Below are positions 39,654 through 52,225 of a stretch of DNA of 64,000 nt, piece after piece. How positions within the stretch are numbered: position 1 is the first letter of the stretch; every line of letters starts with the position of its first letter. The notes under the pieces were generated by a model. That model was given only the letters and a program-made list of their open reading frames with translations. It did no database searches and was not told the DNA's origin. The stretch is from Octopus bimaculoides (lineage: Eukaryota): contig NC_068990.1 in NCBI RefSeq assembly GCF_001194135.2, positions 3,620,509 to 3,684,508 on the forward strand, written 5' to 3'. Made by a program: the position numbers and the translations under genes.

Positions 39654-39940
39654 AGACATGCAAGACATGGATGCGGAGGTGTTCAAGACAAAACTTGACG
39701 CTTTCCTCTCCACGATACCAGACAAACCAATGGCTCGTAATGAGACGCAGTTTAGGGCAGCGATGTCAAATTCTCTTATACACCAGATGTGCCATCAAGA
39801 CTCTTGATTGGACCATATCAGGTGGGGGAGAGGAGCCATGCAGGGAACGTGAAGAGAGCACAGCATAAAGACGGAGAGTCGCGGTGGTGCACCAGCATGA
39901 CCGCAGCCACTTGGCTGAAACCCATAAATAAATAAATAAA
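39654..39940 (+). mobile_element. CR1-like LINE, ORF2 C-terminus and 3' UTR
   Basis: DMDAEVFKTKLDAFLSTIPDKP..RAAMSNSLIHQ resembles the FKxxLD motif at the ORF2 end of CR1-group LINEs. Tail ends in (TAAA)n. Confidence 0.75.
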
Positions 39941-39955
39941 AAAATATATATATAC

Positions 39956-39991
<36 letters not shown>

Positions 39992-40344
39992 TGTTTGTTT
40001 TCATACTGAGTTAATTAAGCAAACTGTTTCATTTAATCAAAACTAATCAATCACAGATAAAGAAGTGTCAGAATAAATTAAACAGTCATTTCCTTGTAAG
40101 TGTTTCACGAGGAAAATGAGATACTCCAAGAATTTGATCACAAAAAGTATAATGAAAACAGAAAAAAAAAACAGAAATGCAAGGTTAAGAAAAACAAGAA
40201 AAGAAAATTGATTAAAGACTTTTTCTTGATGAAAAGCAATTAACTATTTTTTTTTTTTTCAAAAGAATACCATAACTCTGCTAAAAACAAAGAGGGATAT
40301 GTAATCCTGTGGAATCAGTATGATACAATTGTGACCATCAAATG

Positions 40345-40480
40345 GATGGGTCGTTGGACAGTTTTCGTCAACGTAAATTCAATCACAAGTACTGGATCGT
40401 CCTGGGGATATAAGGAATCCACTTTTCCCAGACGCACCCATCTTGGACCGAAAGCATTACCTCATACCCACACACTCCTG
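40345..40480 (-). mobile_element. SINE family B, heavily decayed head and body
   Basis: Minus strand gggaaaagtggattccttatatccccaggacgatcc..cttgtgattgaattt..gacgaaaactg parallels the family B body. Confidence 0.45.
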
Positions 40481-40547
40481 ATTCATAAGTGTCTATGTGT
40501 GTGTGTGTATAATATATATATATATATATATACGCATATGTATGATA

Positions 40548-40611
<64 letters not shown>

Positions 40612-41230
40612 TATATATATATATATATATATGCGATTATAGATATTATATATATATGTGTGTATGTAAATGTGTGTGTATTAATTTGTAAACAGATGTA
40701 GAGCACTCAGAATGAATATATCGATATTACAATAAAACTTCTGAGGCACGTATATGTGTATAATCAATAATTTTCTTTCTTTGTGAATGTTCTATATGTA
40801 ATTAAAGTTTAATTAGGACCGTTTGCGTGTATATGTATGAATACATACATGCATACATATAATATATAAATGCGTGTTTGTGTGTGTGTTCGTGGAGAAA
40901 GAAAGAAAGTGAGTGATAGAATTTTCTGCAGACACTCGGAGCAACGTTCAATGAAATGTAGACAATCATGTTTATCCTATTGTTATACACTCGAACATGA
41001 GTAGAACTTTTACTGCAGAAATATTGTCAAGCAGAAAAAGAACTGTCCTCATAGTCGTTGAGTGTGACAAAAGATTATCGGGCAAGGAATGACGTAATCG
41101 CTTTTCTCCGCCGTATGTTTTCTCAACTATAACCGCTGAATCACTTCTTAACAGCATTATAATGAGTCTACATACATACACACACTCACACGCACACATA
41201 CAATCAAACACACATATACTCACACAAACA

Positions 41231-41298
41231 TAGATAGAAAGATAGATAGATAGACAGATAGATAGATAGATAGACAGATAGATAGATAGATAGATAGT

Positions 41299-41371
<73 letters not shown>

Positions 41372-41521
41372 GCATGGATGGAAGTAATTAGGTTATGCAT
41401 ACATACTGCTGTCAAAATATCCAACAACATAGAAACGTTAATGCACACAGCTATACGTACGTACATACATACATACATACATACATACATACATACATAC
41501 ATACATACATACATACATACA

Positions 41522-41555
<34 letters not shown>

Positions 41556-41820
41556 GAATTATATTTGTATATGTACACACACATTTATATTCATAGACAC
41601 ATACACACACAAAGCACTAGAGGAGAAGAGGAAAGGAGGAGATACAATCGGTGCTGATACAGAAAAAGAAAAAAATTGACAAAGATAATCATTTGCACAG
41701 AAGCGCTCACACGTACAAGCACACATGGACATTTGCATACAAACATCCAAATATTCATACAAACATACATACATACATACATACATACATACATACATAC
41801 ATACATACATACATACATGC
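41231..41820. repeat. (AGAT)n at 41231-41370 and (CATA)n at 41463-41550 and 41761-41818
   Basis: Directly visible. Confidence 0.95.
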
Positions 41821-42555
41821 ATACATTCATACATATGTAGATACATATAGACGTACGTACATATATACGCATGTGGAAAAATCAATTTCCTAAACATGGC
41901 ATTATTACATCATTCATTTTAGTGTTAAATATCCTCTGCATGAATACAATACAGCACTGGTGATTGTAGAACAATTACATTGGTACACCGGTTCAGATAA
42001 TCAATCAACTAATCTATTTCTGGCTACTTTAGTAATACAAGGAAGTCTTAGAAGGAAGTACAAATATTTGAATAAAAGAGAGCTGTAACTTTTAAAGCTA
42101 GTTCGTAGTAAATACATCTGCAGTAGAATTGTAGTTATAATTGAAACGATATTGTTGTAGTAGGGGACATGTGACTATGAATCATTGCAGGATTTCCTTC
42201 CATTGTGACGTACTAGTGACTCATTAAAAGAGCGTTAGGCTTTACGTCAGGTCGACGATGGTCCCTCTATTCACATAATTGAATCACCACTCGGTAAATT
42301 AGTATGCAAACCACTAAGTGTCTTAGAGTGACGTGTGTGAGTTCTTGATACAATTGTTGCGTCTAATTAATGTGGCCGACCACACTACTGTATGAATTTG
42401 TTAAGCCTAGTAGCCTAATACTTACTTTGTTTATTTCGTTTACCAAACCGCTAGTTTACAGATACGTAAACAAACACAAGTTATTAATCGGTGGTGGGAG
42501 ACACTCTCAAACACGCACACATATGTGTATGCATGCAGACACATACACACACACA

Positions 42556-42633
<78 letters not shown>

Positions 42634-42635
<2 letters not shown>

Positions 42636-42888
42636 CGCAGGCGTGGCTGTGTAGTTAGAAGCTTGCTTTCCAACCACATGGTTACCGGGTTCAGTCCCCC
42701 TGCGTGGCACCTTGGGCAAGTGTCTTCTACTATAACCTCGGGCCGACCAAACCCTCTGGTAGACTGTAACTGAAAGAGGACCATCGTATATATATAGAAT
42801 ATGAGGATGCATTCCTATGAAAGGAGATGCTCCGGCATGGCCGGAGTCAAATGACTGAAACAACGAGGAGGCATAAAGATAAAAAGAA
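42634..42888 (+). mobile_element. SINE family B, head plus tail with the middle deleted
   Basis: ggcgcaggcgtggctgtgtagttagaagcttgctttccaaccacatggttaccgggttcagtccc..gatgctccggcatggccggagtcaaatgactgaaac. Confidence 0.88.
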
Positions 42889-42897
42889 TATATATAT

Positions 42898-43272
42898 GGG
42901 AGTAGCTACGTGGTAAGCCACATGGGTCCGGGTTCAGTCTCACTTCGTGACACGTCGGGCAAGTGTCTTCTACTATAGCCCCGGGCCGACCAGAGCCTTG
43001 CCACTGGATTTGGTAGACGGAAACTGAAAGAAGCCCGTCGTATAAATATGTGTGTGCAAATGTTTCTGCCTGTGTTTGTCACCCCACTATCGCTTGACAA
43101 CCGATGTTGGTTTGTTTATGTCATCATAGCTTAGTGGGGTTTGGCAATAGAGACCGATTGAATAAGTACTAGGCTTACAAATAATAAATCCTGGGGTCGG
43201 TTTGTTCGACTAAAGGCGGTGCTCCAGCTTGGCCGTAGTCAAATAACTGAATCAAATCAAATAAAAAATGAA
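42898..43272 (+). mobile_element. SINE family B, near full length, in tandem with the previous copy
   Basis: ccacatgggtccgggttcagtctcac..gaaagaagcccgtcgtata..cctggggtcggtttgttcgactaaaggcggtgctccagcttggccgtagtcaaataactgaa. Confidence 0.9.
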
Positions 43273-43619
43273 TATATATATATATATATATATAGATTCA
43301 ATAGGGCTTATAAATTCCACTTGCTCTAAATGGAGCCATCGTTCACTATTAAGATACTCACGGCCAATACTGTAAGCATAACAGAAACAGGCTTGCCTTG
43401 CGTGGAACACAGATATAAGGAATGTGCATATCTCAGGATCAATTGATTTCGCCCTTTGTATGAAAAATCATACTTTGAGCTCATCAGCTGAAAATAACAC
43501 TTTAACCTCTATTTCTGAAATATTCATCACATTACGCCATGTGCGTTCTTTAATTTTAAATGACCTCGCGACATTGAAAACGAACTTATCGTGAGCCAGT
43601 ATAGATTTAAATGAAATAA

Positions 43620-43657
43620 ATATTATTACCGTTATTATTATTATTAGTATTATTATT

Positions 43658-43690
<33 letters not shown>

Positions 43691-43733
43691 ATTATTATTA
43701 TTATTATTATTATTAATATTATTATTATTATTA
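43620..43733. repeat. (ATT)n(GTT)n(ATT)n compound microsatellite
   Basis: Directly visible. Confidence 0.97.
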
Positions 43734-43735
43734 AT

Positions 43736-44275
43736 ACAACACGGCAGAAAGTGATAAGTGCAGAATCTGTGGAAAAAACGGTGAAACCGTATAGCATATT
43801 ACCAGCTAATGTATGCCACTAGCCCACAAAGAATATAAGAGACGCCACGACAATATTGTCCATTGGAGACCTTGCAACAAATATGGACTTGAGAGAGCAA
43901 AAAATTGGTACGACCACAAACCTGAAGTCATCGTCGAAAATGCAAATGCAAAGATCCTATGGGATTTTTTGATTCAGTGCGACATAGTCTTAATTGAGAA
44001 AGAAAACAAACTATGCTGGATCATAAATATAGCATGCCCAGCTGACAAGGTATGCGATAAGGAAGAAAGAAAAGTCAAGAGATATGACAGGTTAGCTTGG
44101 GAAGTTAAGCAGTTGTGGTCGATGAAAAAGGTAGCAGTAGTACCAATAATTGTCGGAGCCCTGGGAACAGTGAGCAAAAATCTCGAAAAGTACGTGGAAC
44201 AAATAGGGGCTGCAATAAGTGTAGAGTACTTGCAGAAAACAGCACTGCTTGGAACCGCTCGAATACTCCGGAATA
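43736..44275 (+). mobile_element. RLE-type non-LTR retrotransposon fragment (R4/Dong-like): CCHC knuckle plus restriction-like endonuclease
   Basis: CRICGKNGETV*HITS*C (CX2CX8HX4C), then RRHDNIVHW, KILWDF, DIVLIEK..IINIACP, ERKVKRY and VVPIIVGALG..LQKTALLGTARILR. Confidence 0.85.
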
Positions 44276-44835
44276 CTCGGTTTATACTTGCAGCTTATAT
44301 TCCTATATGTTCATGATCCACACCGTATTTTTGTACACACATTTCATTTCCAATTTATAATTCAGCATGAATATATGATTTATGTTGAGTGACAATGATA
44401 AAAATAAATCTTTTTTTTTTTCTGCTTACGTTGCATTTATCTCACTTTCTAAAAGTAATATAGTTGGCAAGAATCATCTGGGAACTTATTAGGTATTTTG
44501 CCTTATCTTAAACAGGCTTTAATTTTTGTTTTCCATTCCGATCTTTCTCTGTTTAATGATGAATTGTAACGTTTATTGCAACTCCTGCAGTAAAAAAAAA
44601 ACCTTTCTTCTTATTTCTCGTTTATTATATTTGTGTCCCTTATTTCGCTATTTTCTTCATGTTTTATTATATCTATTCTGTGTCTTCTCCTAAATCACCT
44701 TCTTATTTTTCCATCATCGCCTTCGCTGTCGACTTCATTGTCGTAGTTGTCGTCACCGCCGCCATCGTCGCTCTCATCATCATAATCATTATCATCATCA
44801 ACAACAACAATACCAATGTATTATTATCAATGAGT

Positions 44836-45025
44836 GGAGGCAGTAAGCATGCAGAATCGTTAGCATGCCGGACAAATCGCTGAGTGGAATTTGGTCAGTC
44901 TTTACATTCTGAGTTCAAATTCAGCCGAGGTTACCTTTGCCTCTCACCCTAAGTGTCAGTTGAACAATGGGGTTCAATTTTCCCGTCCCTCGAAATTGCA
45001 AGCCTTGTGCCAGAATAAGAATGAC
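44836..45025 (+). mobile_element. SINE family A, decayed
   Basis: gcagaatcgttagcatgccggacaaat..tttacattctgagttcaaattcagccgaggttacctttgcc..aaattgcaagccttgtgccag. Confidence 0.7.
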
Positions 45026-45065
45026 TTATTAACATTGTGCTTAAAGAGATAAGTTGGATTAATCG

Positions 45066-45255
45066 CTACCGCACCGGACAAAATGCTTCGCGGTACTTTT
45101 TTAGCTCTGTATATTCTGATTTCAAATTCCATCGACTTCTACTTAGCGTTTCTTCCTTTCGTAGTCGATAAAATCTGTACCAGTTGATCACTGAGTTTTG
45201 ATATAATCGACTAACTCCCCTCTTCCTAAAATTTCTGGATCTGTCAAAATTTGAC
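45066..45255 (+). mobile_element. SINE family A, decayed, in tandem with the previous copy
   Basis: gcaccggacaaaatgcttcgcggta..ttcaaattcc..gtcgataaaatctgtaccagttgatcactg..taatcgactaactcccc. Confidence 0.65.
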
Positions 45256-46446
45256 ATCTTCATTAACAGTTTCAGTTGTGGATTACAGTCGCACAAAATA
45301 ATTTGTTGGATTCCTGTGAAATGTTTAAAAGGCTCACTTATTGTCTCTTCGTAGTGTTGCTGTCTTTATTTTGTGGAGGGTTGTATTTTCTTGAGAAGGA
45401 AAATTGTGTACAAGGATAGAACGTGTAGGGGATGAGAAACACAGAAAAGAAAATGAGAGAATTAAAGCCAACACGCCAAGATCTCATGGGTGGACATATT
45501 TATTATTCTCTACAATCAGTTTTGCTTAAATCTGAATTTTACCTCACAACTTTTACAGTAGATAGAATATTAACAATAACGTATAGAAGTTAAACTTCAA
45601 ACTCCAACCCACTGCAAGAGAGTGGTGTTGTGTCGATGTAATCCAGTGGCTTTAAGCGTTTCTAGCTGAGTATCCTTGTTAACCCAAAAATGATCCCACC
45701 CGATTGATTCCAAAAAAATATCAGAGTAAAGATTATCATAATTAAACAAAAGGTAATTTTGCGCAGTTGTTTATTATTCATATTTTGTTACGTATGGATG
45801 TACCATTTGTTAGTTGTTTCTACGGACTACAAGCTCTTATGTGAAATATTTAGAAAAATTACTAAGATGTTAATGGAATTTGGCTCATCATCAATAATAT
45901 CCCAGCTATCCTCGCTCATATTGTAACTACGACAAATTTTGTTAAACATGTGTAAAAAATGAGTATTGTGCCTGGTGTACATATATTTCTGAGAAAAATC
46001 ATGACATCCCTAACACCCAACACTATCTCCAAAGGTGCTTCGATATTTTATGCGTCTGTGAATTCGCATGCTCAGAATGGTTCGTTATTACTGAGGCTAG
46101 CAACCATTGATTTAAGCAACCAATATTTACACCAAATACAAAATAAAACACCTTACGGATTTCATTTGCATATATAGATATATTTGTTTGTAGCTCAATA
46201 AAATCCATTACACTTGTACTGCATTATTAATTATTAAAGATCCTACACATGAATATGTAGGCTTGTTTAATACTTAATGTAAGAAATAGCAGTAATACAT
46301 TATTTGGCTAAATTGTTGAAGAAGGAATATTAAATTGGTAGCGAACACGAGATATTGAAATGTAAATAGATGCAAAATGGGTTTTATGTCAATGGTTTTC
46401 TACACTGCTTTCTGATAGATGAAAATCAATATGCCTTGTGAGACAA

Positions 46447-46487
<41 letters not shown>

Positions 46488-47282
46488 CAGAATTATTTAG
46501 TGATACATTGAAATTTTCCTATACGAAGCACACACACAAACATGACTAAGTATGTACGCATGTAAGCACACATACAAGCATACACCACACACACACACAT
46601 ACATACACACACACCCACACATAGATATAACAGGAGAGTGAGGGAGATAGTGACAGCGAGAAAAAGACTTATCACTTATACCATCATATATATTTGCAAC
46701 AGAAAAATAAATACACGCACACACATATTCAATCATACATACATACTGGCATACACATTGTAGATGGAATCTCATTTTGAAAATATATCTGTATGATATA
46801 CAAATGCAGGACGATTAGAGAAAAGTTTATTGATTAAAGTATATAAAGTACTGGAATAAACCCTCAAACGTTGTATATTCTAATGTTTAATGCATCCTTC
46901 ATTGTATATTTTGATTGTTATTTCAAGCAGGTAGAACAGCTTCGTAAAAAAACAGCCATTTGAATTCAAGTCATGCAACCAGAAAGGAGCTGTTTTAACT
47001 TTTTCATGCCACGAAACAACACTGAACTCCTAGTAGATAATTACACTCCAAACATAACACTGTACTCTATATACCCATGTCCCTTTATAAAGTATGAAAA
47101 CACTGTCTCCACTTAATATTATATGTTCAGATAAGCAACTCCGGTTTCCAGCCTAGACCACATATAAACCCCATTTTACAGCGCAAAAATAATAATTATT
47201 ATTATTCGTTAATTTATCTATGTACCCACACAGGTTCGTTTATTTCATGCCGTATGTCATAGTAAACTTACGAAACCCTATG

Positions 47283-47345
47283 TTCAATTCAATTCAATTT
47301 AATTCAATTCAATTCAATTCAATTCAATTCAATTCAATTCAATTC
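47283..47345. repeat. (AATTC)n pentanucleotide microsatellite
   Basis: Directly visible. Confidence 0.95.
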
Positions 47346-47524
47346 TCTCTCACTTTAATGCTCGTTGTTTATTCATTCATTTATTTATCTATTTTTGTCA
47401 CAAACTTTGGCTTACTCCATACTTTAGGATATATAGCTGTGGTTAACGGTAAGAATGCAAATGTTCAATTCTATTTACTCTTGCTCTAAATCTCGAAAAT
47501 TCTATCATTGCATGTTTGTTTTCG

Positions 47525-48919
47525 ACCAGCCCTTATTCTGGAATGCAGAAACTAGGGATAGATGAGTGGTTGGTAAGAGCTTTTCAAGCCATGTACAGCG
47601 ATGATGTCAGTAAGGTGAGGGTTGGCAACGAGTATAGAGAAGATTTCCGGGTAGAAGTAGGAGTTTACCACGGGTTAATCCTCAGTCCCCCCCTTATTCA
47701 TCATAGTCCTCCATGCAACAATTCAAGACAGGCTGCCCCTGGGAGCTCCTTTATGCTGACGACCTAGCTAAGTCACTACCAGAACTAGAGAAGTCCCAGG
47801 TGTGGAAGCAAGGTCTAGAATCAAAGAGCCTTAGAGTCAATCTAGCAAAAATCAAAGTCTTAATAGGTAGGAAGGCGGGCAAATCACAAAACCTTTCAGG
47901 TAGATGGCCCTTCTCGATGTGTGGCAGATGCACAGGAGCAATAAACACTAAAGATGTACAGAAAACAAATTCCATCATACGCCAGGGGAAAAAATAGTAG
48001 TTCATAGCTTCCGTTACATAGGTGGCCAAGTGAGTAGCGGGAGTGGGATGCTCTGAGAGCGTAGCTGCAAGAATAAGAATAGCCTGGGCAGGGTTCAGTG
48101 AGTACCGACCTCTGCTGGTAACAAAGGGCCTCTCGCTCAGGGTGAAAGGTAGACTGCATGATGCATGTATGTGAACAGCCTTGCTACACGGCAATGAAGC
48201 ATGGTCTGTGACTGCTGAAGACATGGGTAGGCTTGAAAGAAATGAAGCTTGTTTGCTCCGCTGAATGTGTAGTGTCAGTGTGCATCTACGACAGAGTGTA
48301 AGCGCAGAGAGAGAAGTTGAAAATAAGAAGCATCAGATGTGGTGCGCAAGAGAGACGATTGCGCTGGTATGGTAATGTATCACGTATGGATGAGCACAGA
48401 TGTATGAAGAAGTGTCATACGCTAACAGTGGAAGGAACCTGTGGAAGACGTAGATCCAGGAAAACATGACATGAGGTGGTGAAGCATCACCTTCAAACGT
48501 TGGGCCTCACAGAGGCAATGACAAGCGACCAAGACCTTTGGAGATATACTGTGATTGAGAAGACCCGGCAAGTCAAGTGAGATCGTAGCCGTGGTCGACA
48601 CCAGTGTAGCACAAAGAACCTGTTTAAAAGTACCCTTCAATCGTCGAGCAATATGTTGTGCTTGAGAAGACCTGTTGAGTCAAGCGAAATTGTAGTCGTG
48701 GCCGATGCCAGTGCCGCAGCATTGGACCCGTGTCGGTGGCACGTAAAAAGCACCGCTACACTCGAAGTACTTGGCATTAGGAAGGGCATCCAGCTGTAGA
48801 AACATTGGCAGATCAGACTGGAGCCTGGTGCAGACTCCTGGATTGCTAGTCCTCAGTCAAACCTTCCAACCCATGTCAGCTTGGAAAGCGTGCGTTAAAC
48901 GATGACGATGATAATGATC
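47525..48919 (+). mobile_element. RTE-clade LINE, 5'-truncated and frameshifted, with 3' UTR and (GAT)n tail
   Basis: QKLGIDEWLVRAFQAMY, GVYHGLILSP, PWELLYADDL, LRVNLAKIKVL, GLSLRVKGRL, RRLRWYG and GRRRSRK in successive frames. UTR has ggcacgtaaaaagcacc and gaagggcatccagctgtagaaac, and ends cgttaaacgatgacgatgat. Confidence 0.9.
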
Positions 48920-50029
48920 TTGGTATTTCTAATACCTATGCTATTGGCTTCGGTTGAGTAAAGGATGTGTTCCCGACTCATGTGTGAGTTGTTTATGTAC
49001 ACACAGTAGACTGGAACATAGCTAAATACGCAAATGAATTTACGCTCGTGATGTACTTCCCAGGTTATCATATTGGTAAAGTACGTTTGACTTTCTTTAT
49101 GTCGATACATTCGCTAACCCCAATCTACTTCATGTATACACAATGCTCAAAATCATGCTTAGTGAGTACTGCACCTAGAAATAGCTGTAAATATTTAACC
49201 GGATTCTTCCCTCTCTTACTTGTCAAGTTTAAGTTTGAACTTCGAGAATATTTATCTCGCTGTCCATGAAGAACCCCTACGAAGGAACCCTTCGATCTTT
49301 CTTTCACTACTGAATATATACATATTAGTAATTTAAAATTAGTATTTAACTGAAAGATATAATACATATTTATTACTATTGCTTGTTTCTTTCGTTGCTG
49401 TTGTTGTTTAATACGATGTCTATCTAAGACGAGCAAACCTAACATCAAACGCAGAGTCATAGCAATACCGTTTTTTTTCTTTTCTTTTTATTTTGCTTAT
49501 ATTTCGTGGATTCGTTCTTGAATGTCATTCACCATTTTTACAGATGGCTGTGTATAATTCAGAGGAGATATCGGTGATTTTGTTATTAGCTTGACTCATA
49601 ATACAGGAAACTGTAGACGCTATACTGTCACAGTATCAACCAATTTCATATCACTGACTTGATTGTCGTTTAATCCTGAATCTTTCGTCTTGTATATTAT
49701 CTATGTAGCACAATTTTAGGTATTACGTATATGATACCATATGAAATATAATCTACAGCGCACACAATTTGTCAGGCATTATTAATTGGACACAATTTAT
49801 TAAGTATCATATTCCAGTGATGACGTTGATTCGTTTAGGTCTCATCTTGGAGCTAATACAACAAATACTTAAACGCAGCCCAATTAGACCATGTATATAA
49901 TGATATTCTAGACTGAGGTTAAACTTTACTCTTCAATTACAGTTCTAGTTGGAACAATTATAGCGCATGTCTATCATCCAGCGTGCTCTTTGGAAGGATT
50001 GGTTTTTAAATATGTTATATGCATCCATG

Positions 50030-50200
50030 TGAGGTGTGTGTGGCGGTCAGGCAACTAGAGACGTGGGCGTAATGCTCCGAGCTCGATTCTTTGTCCCGGA
50101 TGTGTTTTGTGTTCGTCAGTAAAATGATTTACTTCACGTTGCATCTATCCATCTAGTTGGTTCAAATGAATATCAAATCTGGTAAAACACCTTGTCAACG
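50030..50200 (+). mobile_element. Possible decayed SINE family C copy
   Basis: gctcgattc..ccgg..tgtgtt..tttacttcacgttgc parallels the 26117-26390 core. Confidence 0.35.
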
Positions 50201-50977
50201 TCAAGTAAGCCCGGCAGCGCCGATAAGTGATTAGTACAACTAAAAACATTCCGACAGGAAGAGTGATTTCGGAAGTAACACGAGGCCATAGCCTATCTTT
50301 ACTCAGTTTTTCTTTTCTTTTTTTTTTTGATTTTTTTGCTATTTACCCATTCAGTGATATAGAACGCATTTACAAACATTTTACCGCAGCATTCGGTGCA
50401 TCGATTAATATGAAGAGAATCGGATACCAAACTAATCGTAACATGGTGTAGATGCAAATATTAAAAAGTGAACTTTTCATCTCTATAAAAATGAGGTCAA
50501 TAGTCTGGAAATATATAATCATATTAATAACAAATCATCAAAGACAGCTTCTTCACACTACTTTTTGCAGAGAACGAAATGAAATAAAACCTAATTGGAA
50601 TAGCGAGACTTTAGTTATTAAAAGGCATTTTTTGGCTATAATTTATAAGAAAAAAAATAGATGATCTACCGCAAGATTAGAATAATTTGCATCTATATGT
50701 GTGTATATATATNNNNNNNNNNNNNNNNNNNNNNNNNNNNNNNNNNNNNNNNNNNNNNNNNNNNNNNNNNNNNNNNNNNNNNNNNNNNNNNNNNNNNNNN
50801 NNNNNNNNNNNNNNNNNNNNNNNNNNNNNNNNNNNNNNNNNNNNNNNNNNNNNNNNNNNNNNNNNNNNNNNNNNNNNNNNNNNNNNNNNNNNNNNNNNNN
50901 NNNNNNNNNNNNNNNNNNNNNNNNNNNNNNNNNNNNNNNNNNNNNNNNNNNNNNNNNNNNNNNNNNNNNNNNNNNNN

Positions 50978-51013
<36 letters not shown>

Positions 51014-51821
51014 GCATACACCTACAAAGAAACACGCTTGTAAACATGTGTATGTATGTTTATATGTATATATGCATATATATATATTGAGAGAGTGAGA
51101 TAGTTGCATGCATACATACATACATACATACATACATACATACATACATACATACATACATACATACATGCGTACGTACGTGCATGCATACATACCTATA
51201 AATGCATATGCACACGGGAATTGATATATTGTATTGATGTGATAAAATATATGATGGGATTTCATTACGACAGCTGAGCAGTATAAAAGAGATTCCTACT
51301 ACATCTTCATAAGTTCTGTTCTATAAGGCTCCAATTGATATTAATCACATGCGATGTTCGCTTGTAGATTGTTCTGATATAATGACCTTAATTTATAAAT
51401 CATCTCTATCCGATTGGCTAATAATATTGGTGAAATCGAGCTTGAAATCACTGCGTGGAAACTTTTATAGTATTTATTTTCTAGTTATACTTCAACTAAC
51501 TTTAATTTGTAGATCATTATCATCCTATTCGTCACCACTATCATCATCATTATTATCATTTATCGTCATCACTTCACCCCTACTATCATCATCGTAATTA
51601 ATGTTGTCATCGTTATAATCACAGTTGTCATCTTCGCCGTCGTAGTCGTAATAACAACTCCGCGATCTCTTATTTTTCCGCTAAAATCTATACTACAGTG
51701 TTGTATAGTTGGTAAATTTATATTAAATTCTCCTACTTCTTGTTTGTCACGATTGCATTCATCTTAATAACCATCATCATCATCAGCAGCAGCAGCAGCA
51801 TCGTAATCATTTGTCATCAGT

Positions 51822-52225
51822 GGATTAGCACAACCTCGTTTAAAAATGCTCTGAGGCGTTTCCTCCGGGTGTTTGTACACTAACTTCTAATCCCTTTAAG
51901 ATCGATGAAACAAACTACTAGTCTAGTACTGGGTCGGATGATATCAACTGACCACTCCCCTTCAAAGATGCTGGCATTGTGGCTAAATTAGGACCGATTG
52001 TTATTTTATGTTGTTATTGTTGCTGTTATTATCATCATGAGCTGGTAGAATCGTTACAACGTCGGATCAAAATTCTCAGTAGGAATTCTTCTGGCCCACT
52101 ACGTTTTGAGTTCTAGTCCCATCGAAGACACCTTTGCTCTTCGTCCTTTCAGGTTCGATAAACTAAGCACCAGTGAAGCACTGAAATCTATTCGATCGAT
52201 TATTCCCCCTCTCCCAAAATGTGAA
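51822..52225 (+). mobile_element. Two decayed SINE family A copies (51822-51995 weak; 52038-52225 clearer)
   Basis: gagctggtagaatcgtta..acgttttgagttcta..cctttcaggttcgataaactaagcaccagtgaagcactg..tcgattattccccct. Confidence 0.6.
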
